Shown here: piece after piece, positions 26,028 to 38,856 of the stretch
How the letters are laid out: each line of letters opens with the position of its first letter
Position numbering within the stretch: position 1 is the stretch's first letter
Assembly (NCBI RefSeq): GCF_009914755.1
Contig: NC_060934.1
DNA from: the human T2T-CHM13v2.0 reference genome, Homo sapiens
Strand: one strand, 5' to 3'
Length of the DNA: 64,000 bases
The notes under the pieces: generated by a model
What the model was told of the DNA's origin: nothing
The model's database searches: none
What the model saw: the letters and a program-made list of their open reading frames with translations, nothing else
Program-made: the position numbers and the translations under genes

Positions 26028-29000
26028 CTGGAAAAAATAGAAAGAGAATTAAGTTCAGAAGGCATAGAATCTCACACATTTCTAGAGAAACATTGTGATT
26101 AGTTCATAATCCGTTAATTGATCCTTATTCTAAGCCATATCCTGAGTCTAAGCAGAACTCAGTAGAGACTGATACACCATAAGTGGTTGTATTGACAATG
26201 GCCAACAACGGGTTTGGTCTTGACAATAGTTAAATAAGGACGTGAAGTACAATGTTAGCATCTAACCTACTTTATGGAGAGCAACACCTTTGAATGCTTC
26301 CTTTAGCAACAGAGTCATGGTTTTCTGAGAAAAGTGCCAGAGTGCAAGCTCATTCCACCCATAGAGAAATCCCTACACTAGGTCTGTGAGGCCTCTAAGG
26401 ACAAGGAAATCCCCCACCTATCCCTAGAGCATTTTGCAAGAAGGAGGTTTCACTCTTGTCTATAGCCCTCTATAGGGCTGCTCAGCCTCTGCACGATAAA
26501 GACCACCTTGCCCCCTTCCTAATGTGGGGAAAGGTAATGAACAACAACATAATAATCATGTATGCTCAGTATCCTTTGATTAAGTACACAGTAGCTAAAA
26601 ATCACTATGAGACTGGGACTTTTTCATTCTAAGTACATATTCATAATGATGTTCACAGATGGCACACTTAAAAGTGGTGTGTGTTAAAAAAAACAGTGTA
26701 TATCCTCTTGCAAAAGTTGAAAAGGGACTGTTCCAATAACTCAAATTCCCATGAGACACTTGGCCATGTAGATTAATAAAGGGTCTGGCATATGTAAATG
26801 CTCCTGGGGTGCTTGTTGCATGGGGGTGTGTTTCAGCAACTGCCGTGCTTCCTAAAACACCTGGGCAGTAACCTGCTCATTCAGCAGAAGCAGACAGGCA
26901 ACTTGGCTCCTTGCCAAGCATCAGAGTTGGAGTGGGGCTCCTGCGATCCCCAGTGAAGTCCTGGGTCTGTTTCTATTCATCTCCTCCAACCCAGGCCTGT
27001 CCCTTTGCTCATCAATCCAGTGGAGCAACCAAATATTTCTCAGGCTTGAGAATAGAAAGAATTTTCTAGGAATATCTAAGAAGGTAGGATAGAGCCAAGG
27101 ATCCTAAGAAATTTCTTCCTCTCTGGAGAAACATAACACAGCTACTGACTTATAATATGGAAAACAACAGAGTGGCTAAGCTTGTCCCCTGTCTGGTTAT
27201 TCAGACATGAAAAAGAATATGGCACCATCGCTTAACTTCAAAGACAAGATTGAAAGGAGAAACAAGAAAAAGAAATTGGAATATTTCCAACTAAGTGGCT
27301 GTATTGACAACTGACCAAAAACAAGGTTAATCTTGACAAATTAAATAAGGGTGTGAAGTACAGTGTTAGCACTTAACTTACTTTATGGAGAACAATGCCT
27401 TTGAATGCTTCTTTTTAGCAACAGAATCATGGTCTTCTGGAGAGAAGTGCCAGGGTGCAAGGTCACTCCTCTCATAGAAAAATCCCTACACTAGGTATGA
27501 GGCCTCTAAGGACAAGGAAATCTCCCAGCTTTCCCTAGAGCAATTTGTAAGAAGGAGCAGTGAGAAAACAACATCACCATGGAGACTGCAATGGGCCAAG
27601 ATGCTTCCCAGTATCCAGCGGTCCCTGCTCCAGGCAGCACCAGGTCAGAGCCAAGGGCCACAGAAACATCCCAATGGCATTTCCAAGAAAAAAGGAAATG
27701 TCAGCTTCCATCAGTCAGGCCCTTGCTCAAGCAAATATGTGACTCTTGACAGTCACTTATTCCACTTAGGGAAAAGAAACCTTGTACAAAGAATTAGATT
27801 CAAGTCCAGCTCAGCAATCCTCATGGGCTACTCAAGATTAGGGTGAGGCCAGGGTAGACAGACGGTGTCCTGAGGAGATTAAAAACATTACCAATACCCT
27901 TTGTAAGATTTTGATCATCTTGGTTCAACTGTTTGTGGTCTACTCTGGGAAGTTAGATTTTCTTTTCTTTCTTTTTTTTTCAGTTTGTTTCTTTAGAGCA
28001 CCTGATACCACAATTAAGCTTGGGTTTGATTCCCAAGAGGAAACAACAGCAAATGTGAGCTCTCTGACACCTCCACTCTTGTGTTTCCTCAACTCGGCTC
28101 AGCCTGCTGTGCCACACAGAACTTTTGATTCTGGGCCCAGCAGCCCATGTTAGGTGCAAAACAAGCAGGACTGTGTCCAAGGGGGCTTCCCCTGCTGGTG
28201 ACCTCAACCCATACCCCCGGGGAAGTATTTGCAGGTTGATTGCTTCTGACTTTGAGTTTTCCTAATGGTTCCCAAGCTCATCTGATAAATAGCAGGGTCT
28301 TTCCTAGCCTGGAGGAAAGAGACATGAGGAAGTGGTTTGAAATAGAGCAAGTGCATTGCAAACAGCTCCCAACCTCACTTGAGTGAGAGGAACACAACTC
28401 ACTGGAGCAGCTTTGGGCACTTTGAGAGAGAAAGTGGCTCGTGGTTGCAGAAATTGTGTTTTGGGAGCCCTGACCAAGAACTCCTCCATTTCCCATGAGA
28501 CCAATCCAAAATTCATTTCTTAGATATGCCTTTCTCCTTCCTTCTACATTTAACGAGCAGTTATGTTGGTAGGGGATGCTCAGAAACAAAAATAACAGAT
28601 AAGACCGTCCCTTCATGAGATTTCATTTATTTTGGGAGAAGCTGGACAAGTCAAAAACCAGCTAAAGTATCCGGCAAATGCTCTGGTGAAAATGAAATGC
28701 CACCATGTGTCAAAGGGGGAATGGAGAGGCAAGAAGTCCCCGCAGGGGAGGAGATATTTAAAGCAAGACCCGAATGACCAAAGAGCCAACTGTGGGAGGA
28801 TCTGGGAGAAGGGCACAGTGAGCTTCTGCAGTAAGAACTGAAAGTGGGTCATCGTGGCTGTGCGGGGAGGGAGGGTGCAGAGGCGAGAGCGAAGATTACT
28901 TTGGTTCTCCACCCAGGTGATGCCTTACAGCTGCCTGGGGATTTTGGCAAAGATTCCTGTGTGTTGGCATTGGAATCTCAACCAAAGTCTCCAGATGACT

Positions 29001-29887
29001 CCAACATGCCCTAGAATAGGAAACCACCCACGTTGGCCTTTGCAAACCTATTTAAGGAGCTTTGCAATCCTGTTAAGGAGTTGCCTTCAGAGTAAGAGAG
29101 TTGGAGAGCCATGTGGAGTTTTAAACATGAGATCTGATTTTTATTGCTAAAAGATGACCACAGTGGCTCTTCAGAACATGAACTGGGTGGAGGAGATGCA
29201 AAAATGGCAGCAGTGAGATAGGTCAGGCAATTGCAGCCAGGTGGGGAAAGATGGCAGCGTGCAGGTAGCCATGGGACTCTTCTACCCTGTACAGGTAGAA
29301 ACTGAGTTGTAAGGGCCAGGAGAGATGAATCAAGGATGACTCCCAGGCTTTGGGTTTAAGCAAACCCATTCATTTGACAATTGTAAAGTTTTTATCTCCT
29401 TGGTGCTAAGCGATAGGGACATGAAGATAAATAAAACTAAGAGCTCAGAGCCCAGGATGAGAATGAGGTAAATAAGGCCTTTAGATGCCAAGAGCAAAGT
29501 CTGCACATGGTGAGGGGAGACATCAGGAGGGAGTGGTCAGGTCCACCAGGGAAGAAGGGCATCTGGGAAAACTCCATAACAGGAGACAGCTGAGCTGGGT
29601 CATGAAGTAGAGAGAGACATACCCCAATAGCCTGTGGTTGGTAGGGGTGGGTGAAACGGCAGCCCAGGGTCACATAGACCTGCCTGCAGCAAGAGATGAG
29701 TCATCCTTGATTCATCTCTCCTGGTCCCACAACTCAGTTTCTTCCTGTACAGGGTAGAAGACTCTCATGACTACCTGCACGCCACCATCTTCCCCGGCCT
29801 GGCGCAATTGCCTTCAGGATATGTACAGCATGACCCACAGGGATTTCACTTCATGGAATGCAAAACCAACCTGCATGAGCTTTGTTT

Positions 29888-29930
29888 GAAAACAAAACAA
29901 AACAAAACAAAAACAAAACAAAACAAAACA
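29888..29930. repeat. (CAAAA)n simple repeat
   Basis: Direct reading. Confidence 0.9.
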
Positions 29931-32845
29931 GAGAAATCCTATCTATAAAATTACTCTTAATGGAAATTCTGCCTGTATAAAATTAAAGTGGCAGGTGAGA
30001 ACCATTTTCAGCTTGCTTATGGGTCTCTTACAGATTTTCCTTGAAGTTTCATGTGTTCTAATTCCCTGATATGGAGGGAAGAGACTACAGTTGTGTTTAC
30101 CTCGAATTATCATTCAAATAGAGGTGGTGTTTTCCCCCAATAAAATTACTAAGGTAAATTGCCTATTTCTATATTTCTGGAAAATACTTTTTTCCCCAAA
30201 AAGTCTTGCATCTGCCTCATTATTGGATCCAAACTACAGTGTCTATTGCTAATTTAACTTGGTAAGGCCAGACTTCCTCAAGCCCTTGCCTGTGTCAAAG
30301 TCAGCAAACAACCAGGTACCAAGATTTCAGTGCTTCTGAGAACTACTCAGGTAAGGTCAAAGCCCAGACATCCCATTAATCTCTATAAACACATGTGGGT
30401 GTTTATTGTAATCCTCATATCACCTCTGTGCACATACATACACAAGGACAAGTGGCCTCAATATTCAGACAGTTGACAGTGTCACCAGAAGGCAGCAAAG
30501 ATCACCCTGCCACCAGCATGATTCGTTGTTTTTGGAGCTGGGCTGTTTTTCCTCCATGCAGAGCCCTTATCTACAGCTCTGATTGCAAACTTCATTTTCC
30601 CTACTGAAGAGGTAATCTAAATGATAATCAAGTTCACACGATTTATTAGGACAATGCTTTCCAGAAGCCTATTTTCTGAAGTCACCCCGAGCACTTTGAA
30701 GGATGTTTTAGACATTTGCTTCCCCTATCTTAGAAACACCAAAACCAAGAGATACCCGTTGGAGAGAATTCAGCAGGGAGTCAATAAGCCAGCCTGGAGT
30801 ATAGACGTCAAGTCTCTACCTTCCTGAATCTCCTACTAAAGATTGGACCTTCACAAAGAATGGAAATGGGTTGTGTTTAAGGGAACCCCCAACATGTGTG
30901 AATTCTAAGATCACAAGGCTGTGCATTATGCAATTCCAAAGTCACTAGGTCTCTGCCGCCGGCCGTTAGAGTAATTCCATCACGGTTCTCAGGGTTTAAA
31001 CTTGAACATTTCTGTTCAGCTCACCATGGTGGACCCTCTAATTTTCTTGATGTAGGCAATAGGAGAGTGGTCTATCTTGAACCAAATTAGCCCTCCAGAA
31101 ATTAAACAGCACAGGTTACACCATATGAAGGTGAGTTAACGACTCATAGGTGGTTTGGCTCTGAAGTGCTCTCATGATAAAATCTTATGCTGGACTCTCA
31201 TTTTCTAAACATTATCCTGTTTCTAAAATCACTTCTAGCCATCTGTGGAATCCCACTGCTGAATGACCGTTGCACATAGCAGCTTGTTTCAGAACCCTGT
31301 CAGGTAAGTGGAAGCCACACAGTTGTTGGTATTGATATGAAAGTGATGCCATGTGCCAATTACTGTCCAGACACATGAGAGAGTTGCTGATGTAACAATC
31401 TGGAAAGACAATAAGCTCTCAGACCTTTCTGGTGAAGGAATATAAAATTAAATAAAAAATAAGCCAGAGAGTCTCCAGAAAAATCTGTTTCCTTTTGCAT
31501 ACTCAGTTTGAGAAGCAAGGTGTATAGGGCTTCCTGGTTAAGGAAGGTAGATCATTCTCTTGCACACAGAGACTTACCCTTGAGCTTGAGCTCAGAGTCA
31601 GGTCACCATCTTGCAGCTTCCATGGAAAGATAGGGTGCTTTGGAGCTACTGGATGGATTTCATAAAGGGTCTGCACCCTTGGTGGGGAGGTGGTGAAGAG
31701 AACGCCCCACCATGAACACTGGCAGCCACAAGCCTCCCCAGATCTTCCAAGGAGAGACCCCTGATACAATATGGCAGATGAGGCACAGGACCAGAGCTTT
31801 GCTTCCCCAGCTGGAGGATCCCAGACCTCCAAGTCAACCATATCTATGAAAAACATTTTTGGAGAGAAATGGAGTCTTGATGTACTCCCTGAGCCCATGC
31901 TGCTCTATCTCTTGGATCCAAGAGCACTGTCCTCAGTCCCCTTCACTTCCTGACTCCCTAGGGGTCTTCTCCTTTATGATTCTAGACGTGGTTTACAGCT
32001 GTCTGCCTGGCCAACTCTCTCCCCAAGTGGCACATGAACTCCTGGAAGACAGGAAAGTCTCTTCTCAGCCCCTAATATCCCTGCCTTTTCCCACTTGCAC
32101 TCCATCCCTATGGTCAAAAGAGACCCAGTGCTTAATATTTTTATTTCTTGGCTGGTTACTCCTCAAGAGATCCAGTAAGAGACAAAGGGTTCCCCATAAA
32201 ACCTATAGGAACTGCTAAGGAAGGCTGGCACACATCACCTCCTAATTCAGGTTGCCCGTAGTGCCAAAGACCCACGGAACAACCAGCTCTACCTGTGCAA
32301 ATTCAGTACCCCAATGTTGACAGGATCAGAGACTCTCAAACTAACCAGACTCTTACCCAAGACCAGAAACTTACAATATGAATCCCAGCGGAGGACTCCT
32401 GTCAGTTGCCCAAAACATGCATTTCCTCCTAGGGGAGCTCAGCAGTGGCTGACAAAGTGGTACAGACTATTTTCTGCAATGAGCACATTGTTGAATTTGA
32501 AGGCAAATCAGCTGAAAGATGGGCAGCTATACCCAGTCTCTAGGATTTAATGATTCAAATTCTTAATGACCTCACTAAACACAACAGGAAATTCAGTTTC
32601 TTTCTTTTTACAAAAAAAAATGAGCATTAGAAAATTAAACATCATACTTTTATGATGTATATATGATGATTTCTTTGGCTTGCCTGAGCCTCCATAAAAT
32701 GATAAAGTCTTGTTACGTATAAGTCTAAAAACCTGGCAAGTCACCTTAGGCCTTTGCTTGGTGCTATGTGCTTTGGGACAAGCTACTTGTGCTAAGATTT
32801 GGTTCCTCTGCACCCATTGCGGGAGCAGAATCATTTTTTAAAAAC

Positions 32846-33133
32846 TTTTCTTTTTTGAGCCAGGGTCTCACTCTGTTGCCCAGGGTGGAGTACAGTGGCA
32901 CAATCATGGCTTACTGCAGCCTCGACCTCTCAGGCTCAAGTGATCCTCCCACTTCGGCCTCCCCTGAATAGCAGGGTTTTTGTTGTTTTTGTTGTTGTTA
33001 TTTTTGTTTTGTTTTTTGTAGAGATGGGGGTGGTCTCACTTTGTTGCCCAAGATGGTCTTAAATTCCTGGCCTCAAGCTGTCCTCCCACCTCAGCCTTCC
33101 AAAATGCTGGTATTACAGGTATGAACCACTGTG
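32846..33133 (-). mobile_element. AluJ-like
   Basis: Diverged Alu dimer with expanded T/G-rich middle. Confidence 0.88.
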
Positions 33134-33468
33134 TTGGGAATGGTCCATATGAAGGTGCTCTATTAACCATGAAGAAGCTAATGGCAATGCCAACGACCAC
33201 TGTTTCCCCAGTGTTCCTCTCTACACAGGGCACCTATCCCCCAAATTCATGTTTCAATTCATCCTTACAGCAACCTACTCAAGCTAGTCTTCTCTCCTCT
33301 TTACAGGGGTTTTGTGTGTAGGTAAATTACCTCTAGTCTCAAAGTAAGTAGACAAGAGACCTGAGAGTTGAGTACTGATGGAACCAGTGGGATTTTTATT
33401 CTCTGCAAAAGATATAAGGTTGTGGTTCTCAAAGGAGGGATTGTATTTTCACATAAATGTCAACATCT

Positions 33469-33659
33469 GTGTGGCTTCCAGTTACCTTCCAGTCCCTGAA
33501 CCAGCTGCATCAACATCACCTGGAGACTTGTTACAAATGCAAATACTCAGTTCCTATACCAGGTCATCGAAATCAGAAATTCTGTGGCTAGGCCAGTGGT
33601 CAGTGGCTTCAGTAGCTTTCTGGGTGATTCTGACCCCTGCTTGGGTTTGAGGACCGCTG
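33469..33659. mobile_element. MER5A-like hAT DNA transposon
   Basis: gcatcaacatcacctgg..ttgttacaaatgcaaat..gggtgattctga..gtttgaggaccgctg. Confidence 0.75.
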
Positions 33660-33732
33660 TTACCTTGATAGAATGTAGTAAGAGTGAGAAGGAAAAGAGT
33701 TAAATCCCTACATGGGTTTTGAGGCTTTGAGG

Positions 33733-33938
33733 AAGTATTGCCAGATAAAATAAAGACTACTCAGTTAAATTTGCCTTTCAGATCCACAACAAATATTTTG
33801 TAGCATAAATATGGGACATAAAGTAATGGGACATATAGTATTTGGGACACATTTATACTAAAAAAGCTTCATTATTTATGTGAAATGCAAATTTAACTGG
33901 GCATCCTATATTTTCATTAGATAAATCTGGTAACCCTA
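33733..33938. mobile_element. MER53 palindromic MITE
   Basis: Termini ttgccagataaaata / atctggtaaccct; internal inverted arms cagttaaatttg / caaatttaactg. Confidence 0.8.
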
Positions 33939-35057
33939 CTTTGAATGTTTACAGAACCTCTCCATACCATGGCAACAAACAGGCCCCCAGCTGCAGGGTC
34001 CCTGAGGCTATAGTCTGAAGCAGCTGCATGTGAAGGCAATGCTGTGGAAGGCCAGCCTGTGTCCTTGTTATGCAGTTAGTTCTATGGCAGTTTATTGCTT
34101 CTTCCAGCTATTCTCTCATATAATTGGTATGGATGAGACTTCCCCCTTGATCTTATTTTCTGTGGTTATTTCACATTGTGACATCTGTGAAGACTTTCTA
34201 ATGGGAATGTGACTGACTCCACTTTTTCCAGATGACTTTGTGCTGGGCACCAAGTGGCATTGTTACAGATGCCGGGGTACACACACGGAGACAGCTCCAG
34301 GCAAGGTGCATTGTTAGGCAAGCTTCCTGTGAGGCAAAGCTAGCCACAGATGGAAGCCTGCACCCAACCCTACTGCCCAGAGGAACCCCAGGACCCTCAG
34401 CCATCCCTTCCTGGAATTGCTCAACATAGAGGATGCAGGTAATGAGGGTAAGACCACTTTCTGACAGTGCCAGATTTCTATGGAAAATGGCAAATTGAAA
34501 CTCCAGTTGGGGTTTCATTGGCAAAGCATTGCAGATTCCTAAAGTAATGTTTCCAAAGCAGACTATCAAGAATTAGATAAAAACATTTCAAGGTCCAAAA
34601 GGAAATTTAGGAAAAACAGGATTAAACAAATTTAAGGTGGCTTTTTTTTTCTGTAGGACTTATCAGTGCTTTTAACATACACTGAGCATTACACACTTCT
34701 AAAAGAATACAGTATACGACAAATAACATATTTTTCAAAGGAATCTGAAGGAACTGGTTCTCCTCTGGAATGCATTGTCGTTAGTATTTGGCTAGAGGAA
34801 ACCAAGAAGAAAAATGAGATCAACTATAGGATATTAACAGCTATAACTAGTTCTCAGTTTTCAAAATTGTTTGTACCTGTTAATAGAATTTAATGTGTGT
34901 GTATATGTATACATGTGTGTATGTATGTTGTGTGTGTGTGTGTGTGTGTGTATCTGGCATACACAATCAGGCCACATGGCATCTCTTAAAAGTGTGTGTG
35001 TGTGCCATTACCAACATGGCAGTGGGAGTGCCGATGCCTGAGAACCTATACAACTGC

Positions 35058-35154
35058 TGCCCCAGACCCTGGAGTTGTGTTCCCTCCATATGTATCCATG
35101 CCCCAGACCCTGGAGTTGTGTTCCCTCCATATGTACCCATGCCCCAGACCCTGG
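35058..35154 (+). repeat. 41-bp tandem repeat, about 2.3 copies
   Basis: tgccccagaccctggagttgtgttccctccatatgtaYcca units start at 35058, 35099, 35140. Confidence 0.9.
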
Positions 35155-36033
35155 TTTCATGGCCACTCCATTGGTACCATACATCGTACACCAATGTCAA
35201 CATCACCATGAATGCGCCTATCAGCCAGACCCAGTTCAAGAGAAACCCCCTTGGCCATAACGTTCCTGGTGGTAGAAAAAGCAATCAGGAGGATCCCAGC
35301 AGCCTTTGCCATCAAAGACCCTAAGAACCCTTGCTGCTGCCGTAGACATCCACAGCCTTGGCCACTGAGGACGTCTGCAATATTGGCAATTGTCAACCTC
35401 AGCTGACAGCTATGCCTCTGCACCCTCACTAGACCTAGAACTGCCACACTCCACCCAATGTTCTCACACTCACCCAAAAAGGATGACTTTTTTCCCCCAA
35501 TGAAACCAGTACTTAAAAGCTGGAAGAGGTGACTGCTCCATCAAATGTGCAGACATCATTGCAAGGCAAAACAAAACAGAAAAACAACAAGAAGGAAGCA
35601 TAATACCAACAAAATAATGTGATAATTGTCCAGTAACTGACCCCAAAGAAATAGGACTCTATGCATCATCTGACAAAGAATTCAAAATAATTGTTTTAAG
35701 GAAGCTGATCCAACTATAAGAGAACACAGAAAAAAAATGACATCAGGAAAACAATATATGAATAAAATGAGAAGTTTAACAGAGAGATTGAAATAATTAA
35801 AAGGAACCAATTAGAAATTCTGAAACTGAAGGATATAACAAATGAAATTTAAAAGGAAGTAAAAGGCATTAACAGACAAATTAAGCAGAAGAAAGAGCCT
35901 GTGAATTCAAAGGCAGGTTATTTAAAAATATCTAGTCAAAGAAAAAAATTATGAAAATGAATGAAGAAAGCTTATGGGATTTATAGAACAGCATCAAAAG
36001 AGCTCACTTTTGCATTACAGAAGTTTAAGAAGG

Positions 36034-38646
36034 GCCAAGCAAAATACAGGGGTAGAGGTAGCAGCGGGAAAGGCCCTGGGAGCTCACTGAGTCCCCAAGC
36101 AGGCCATTCCTGCCAAGCATCACAGGAATCCTTTGGGAGGGCAGCCAGAGGTGCAGGGAAAATGCCACAGGGAGAAGGAAACCTCCAGCTGAACTTTGTA
36201 ACAATTTGAACCAGTTAAGAAGCCTCCTGGCAGGAATTCAGGGGAGGGCATGAATCTTGCATGCAGACTCCACAGGCAGGGGAAGAACTAAAGCCCTTTT
36301 CTTTCACAGCTGGGCGGCAGGTAGCTTGGGGCAAGTTCTTAGCCCTGCTTGTCCACTGCCTGGAAACAGACTTGGTGCTATTACGGAGTGCAACCAGCCC
36401 TTTGGATTGCGTGGGAGCTGGGTGAGGCCTGTGACTGCTGGCTGTCCCCACTTCCCTGACAACCTGCATGACTCAGCAGAGGGAGCCATAATCCTCCTAG
36501 GTAAGTAACTCCATTGACCTGGGAACCTCATCCCCTATCCGCCACAGCAGCCGCAGCAAGACCTTCCAAAGAAGAGCCTGAGCTCAGACATGCCCAGCTC
36601 TGCCCCCAGCTGATGGTCCTTCCCTACCCACCCTGGTATCGAACACAAAGGGCATATATTCTTGGGAGTTCTAGGGCCCTGCCTACTGCCGGTTCCTCTC
36701 CATACTACCACAGCTGATGCTATCTAGAAAGTGCCACCTCCCAGCAGGAGGCCAACAAGCACAAAAATAGAGTATTAAACCACCAAAGCTAAGAACGCTC
36801 ACAGAGTCCATTTCACTCCCCTGCCACCTTCACTGAAGCAGGTGCTGGTATCCATGGCTGAGAGACCCACAGACGGTTAACATCACAGGACTCTGTGCAG
36901 ACAACCCCCAGTACCAGCCTGGAGCCTGGTAGACTTGCTGGGTGGCTGGACCCAGAAGAGAGATAACAATCACTACAGCTCAGCGCTCAGGAAGCCACAT
37001 TCATAGGAAAAGGGGGAGAGTACTACATCAAGGGAACACCCTGTGGGACAGAAGAATCTGAACAACAGCCTTCAGCCCTAGACCTTCCCTCTGACAGAGC
37101 CTACCCACATGAAAAGGAACTCTGGTAATATGACAAAACATATTAGGCTCTTTAACATCCCCCAAAAATCACACTGGCTTACCAGCAATGGATCCAAACC
37201 AAGAATAAATACCTAATTTATCTGAAAAAAGAATTCAGGAGGTTAGTTATTAAGCTAATCAAGGAGGCACCAGAGAAAGGTGGAGCCCAGTGCAAGGAAA
37301 CCCAAAAAATGATACAAGAAGTGAAGGGAGAAATATTCAAGGAAATAGAAAGCATAAAGAAAAAACAATCAACACTTCAGGAAACTTTGGACACACTTAT
37401 AGAAATGCAAAATGCTCTGGAAAGTCTCAGCAATAGAATTGAACAAGTAGAAGAAAGAAATTCAGAGCTCAAAGACAAGGCATTGAATTAACCCAACCCA
37501 ACAAAGACAAACAAATAAGAATAAAAAATATAAACAAAGCCTCCAAGAAGTCTGGGATTATGTTAAATTACTAAAACTAAGAATAATCAGCATTTCTGAG
37601 GAAGAAGAGAAATCTAAAAGTTTGGAAAACATATTGGGGGAATAATCGAGGAAAACTTCCCTGGCCTTGCTAGAGACCTAGACATCCAAGTGCAAGAAGC
37701 ACAAAGAACTCCTGGGAAATTCATCTCAAAAAGATCATCGCCTAGGCACATTGTCATCAGGTTACCTGAAGTTAAGATGAAGGAAAGAATCTTAAGAGCT
37801 CCAAGACAAAAGCACCAGGTAAGTTATAAAGGAAAATTTATCAGATTAATAACAGATTTCTCAGCAGAAACCCTACAGCCTAGAAGGGATTGGGGCCCTA
37901 TCTTCAGCCTCCTCAAATAAAACAATTATCAGCCAAGAATTTTGTATCAAGTGAAACTAAGTGTTATACATGAAGGAAAGATACAGTATTTTTCAGATAA
38001 ACAAATGATGAGAGAATTTGCCACTACCAAGCCACCACTAAAAGAACTCTAAAAGTGCTCTAAATCATGAAACAAATCCTGGAAACACATCAAAACAGAA
38101 CCTCTTTAAAGCATAAATCTCACAGGACCTATACAACAAAAATACAATTTTAAAAGCAAAAACAAAAAACAAAAAACCAAGGTACATAGGCAATAAACAG
38201 CACAATGAATAAAATGGTACCTCCCATCTCAATACTAATATTAAATGTAAATAGCCTAAATGCTCCACTTAAAAGATATAGAACTATAGAATGCATAAGA
38301 ATTCACCAGCCAACCATCTGCTGCCTTCAAGAAACTCACCTAAGACATAAGGACTCACATAAACTTAAACTAAAGAGGTAGAAAAAGGCATTTCATGCAA
38401 ATGGACACCAAAAGCAAGCAGGAGTAGCTATTCTTACATCAGACAAAACAAACTTTAAAGCAACAGCAGTTAAAAAAGACAAAGAGGGACATTACATGAT
38501 GATAAAAGGCCTTATCCAATTTTAGGAAAATATCACAATCCTATACATATATACATCTAACACTGGAGCTCCCAAATTTACAAAACAATTACTAATAGAC
38601 CTAAGAAATGAGACAGACAGCAACACAATAATAGTAGGGAACTTCA

Positions 38647-38709
<63 letters not shown>

Positions 38710-38822
38710 GTTAAGTCCATTTGTTCCAAGGTATAGTTTAAATCCATTGTTTCTTTGTTGACTTTCTGTCTTGATGACCTGTCTAGTGCTGTCAATGGAA
38801 TATTGAAGTTCCCTACTATTAT

Positions 38823-38856
<34 letters not shown>

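Noticed and set aside
28180-28205. CTCF-like motif (CCAGCAGGGGAAGC on minus); similar at 22508
   Set aside because: Only partial match to the core; not supportable without ChIP data.
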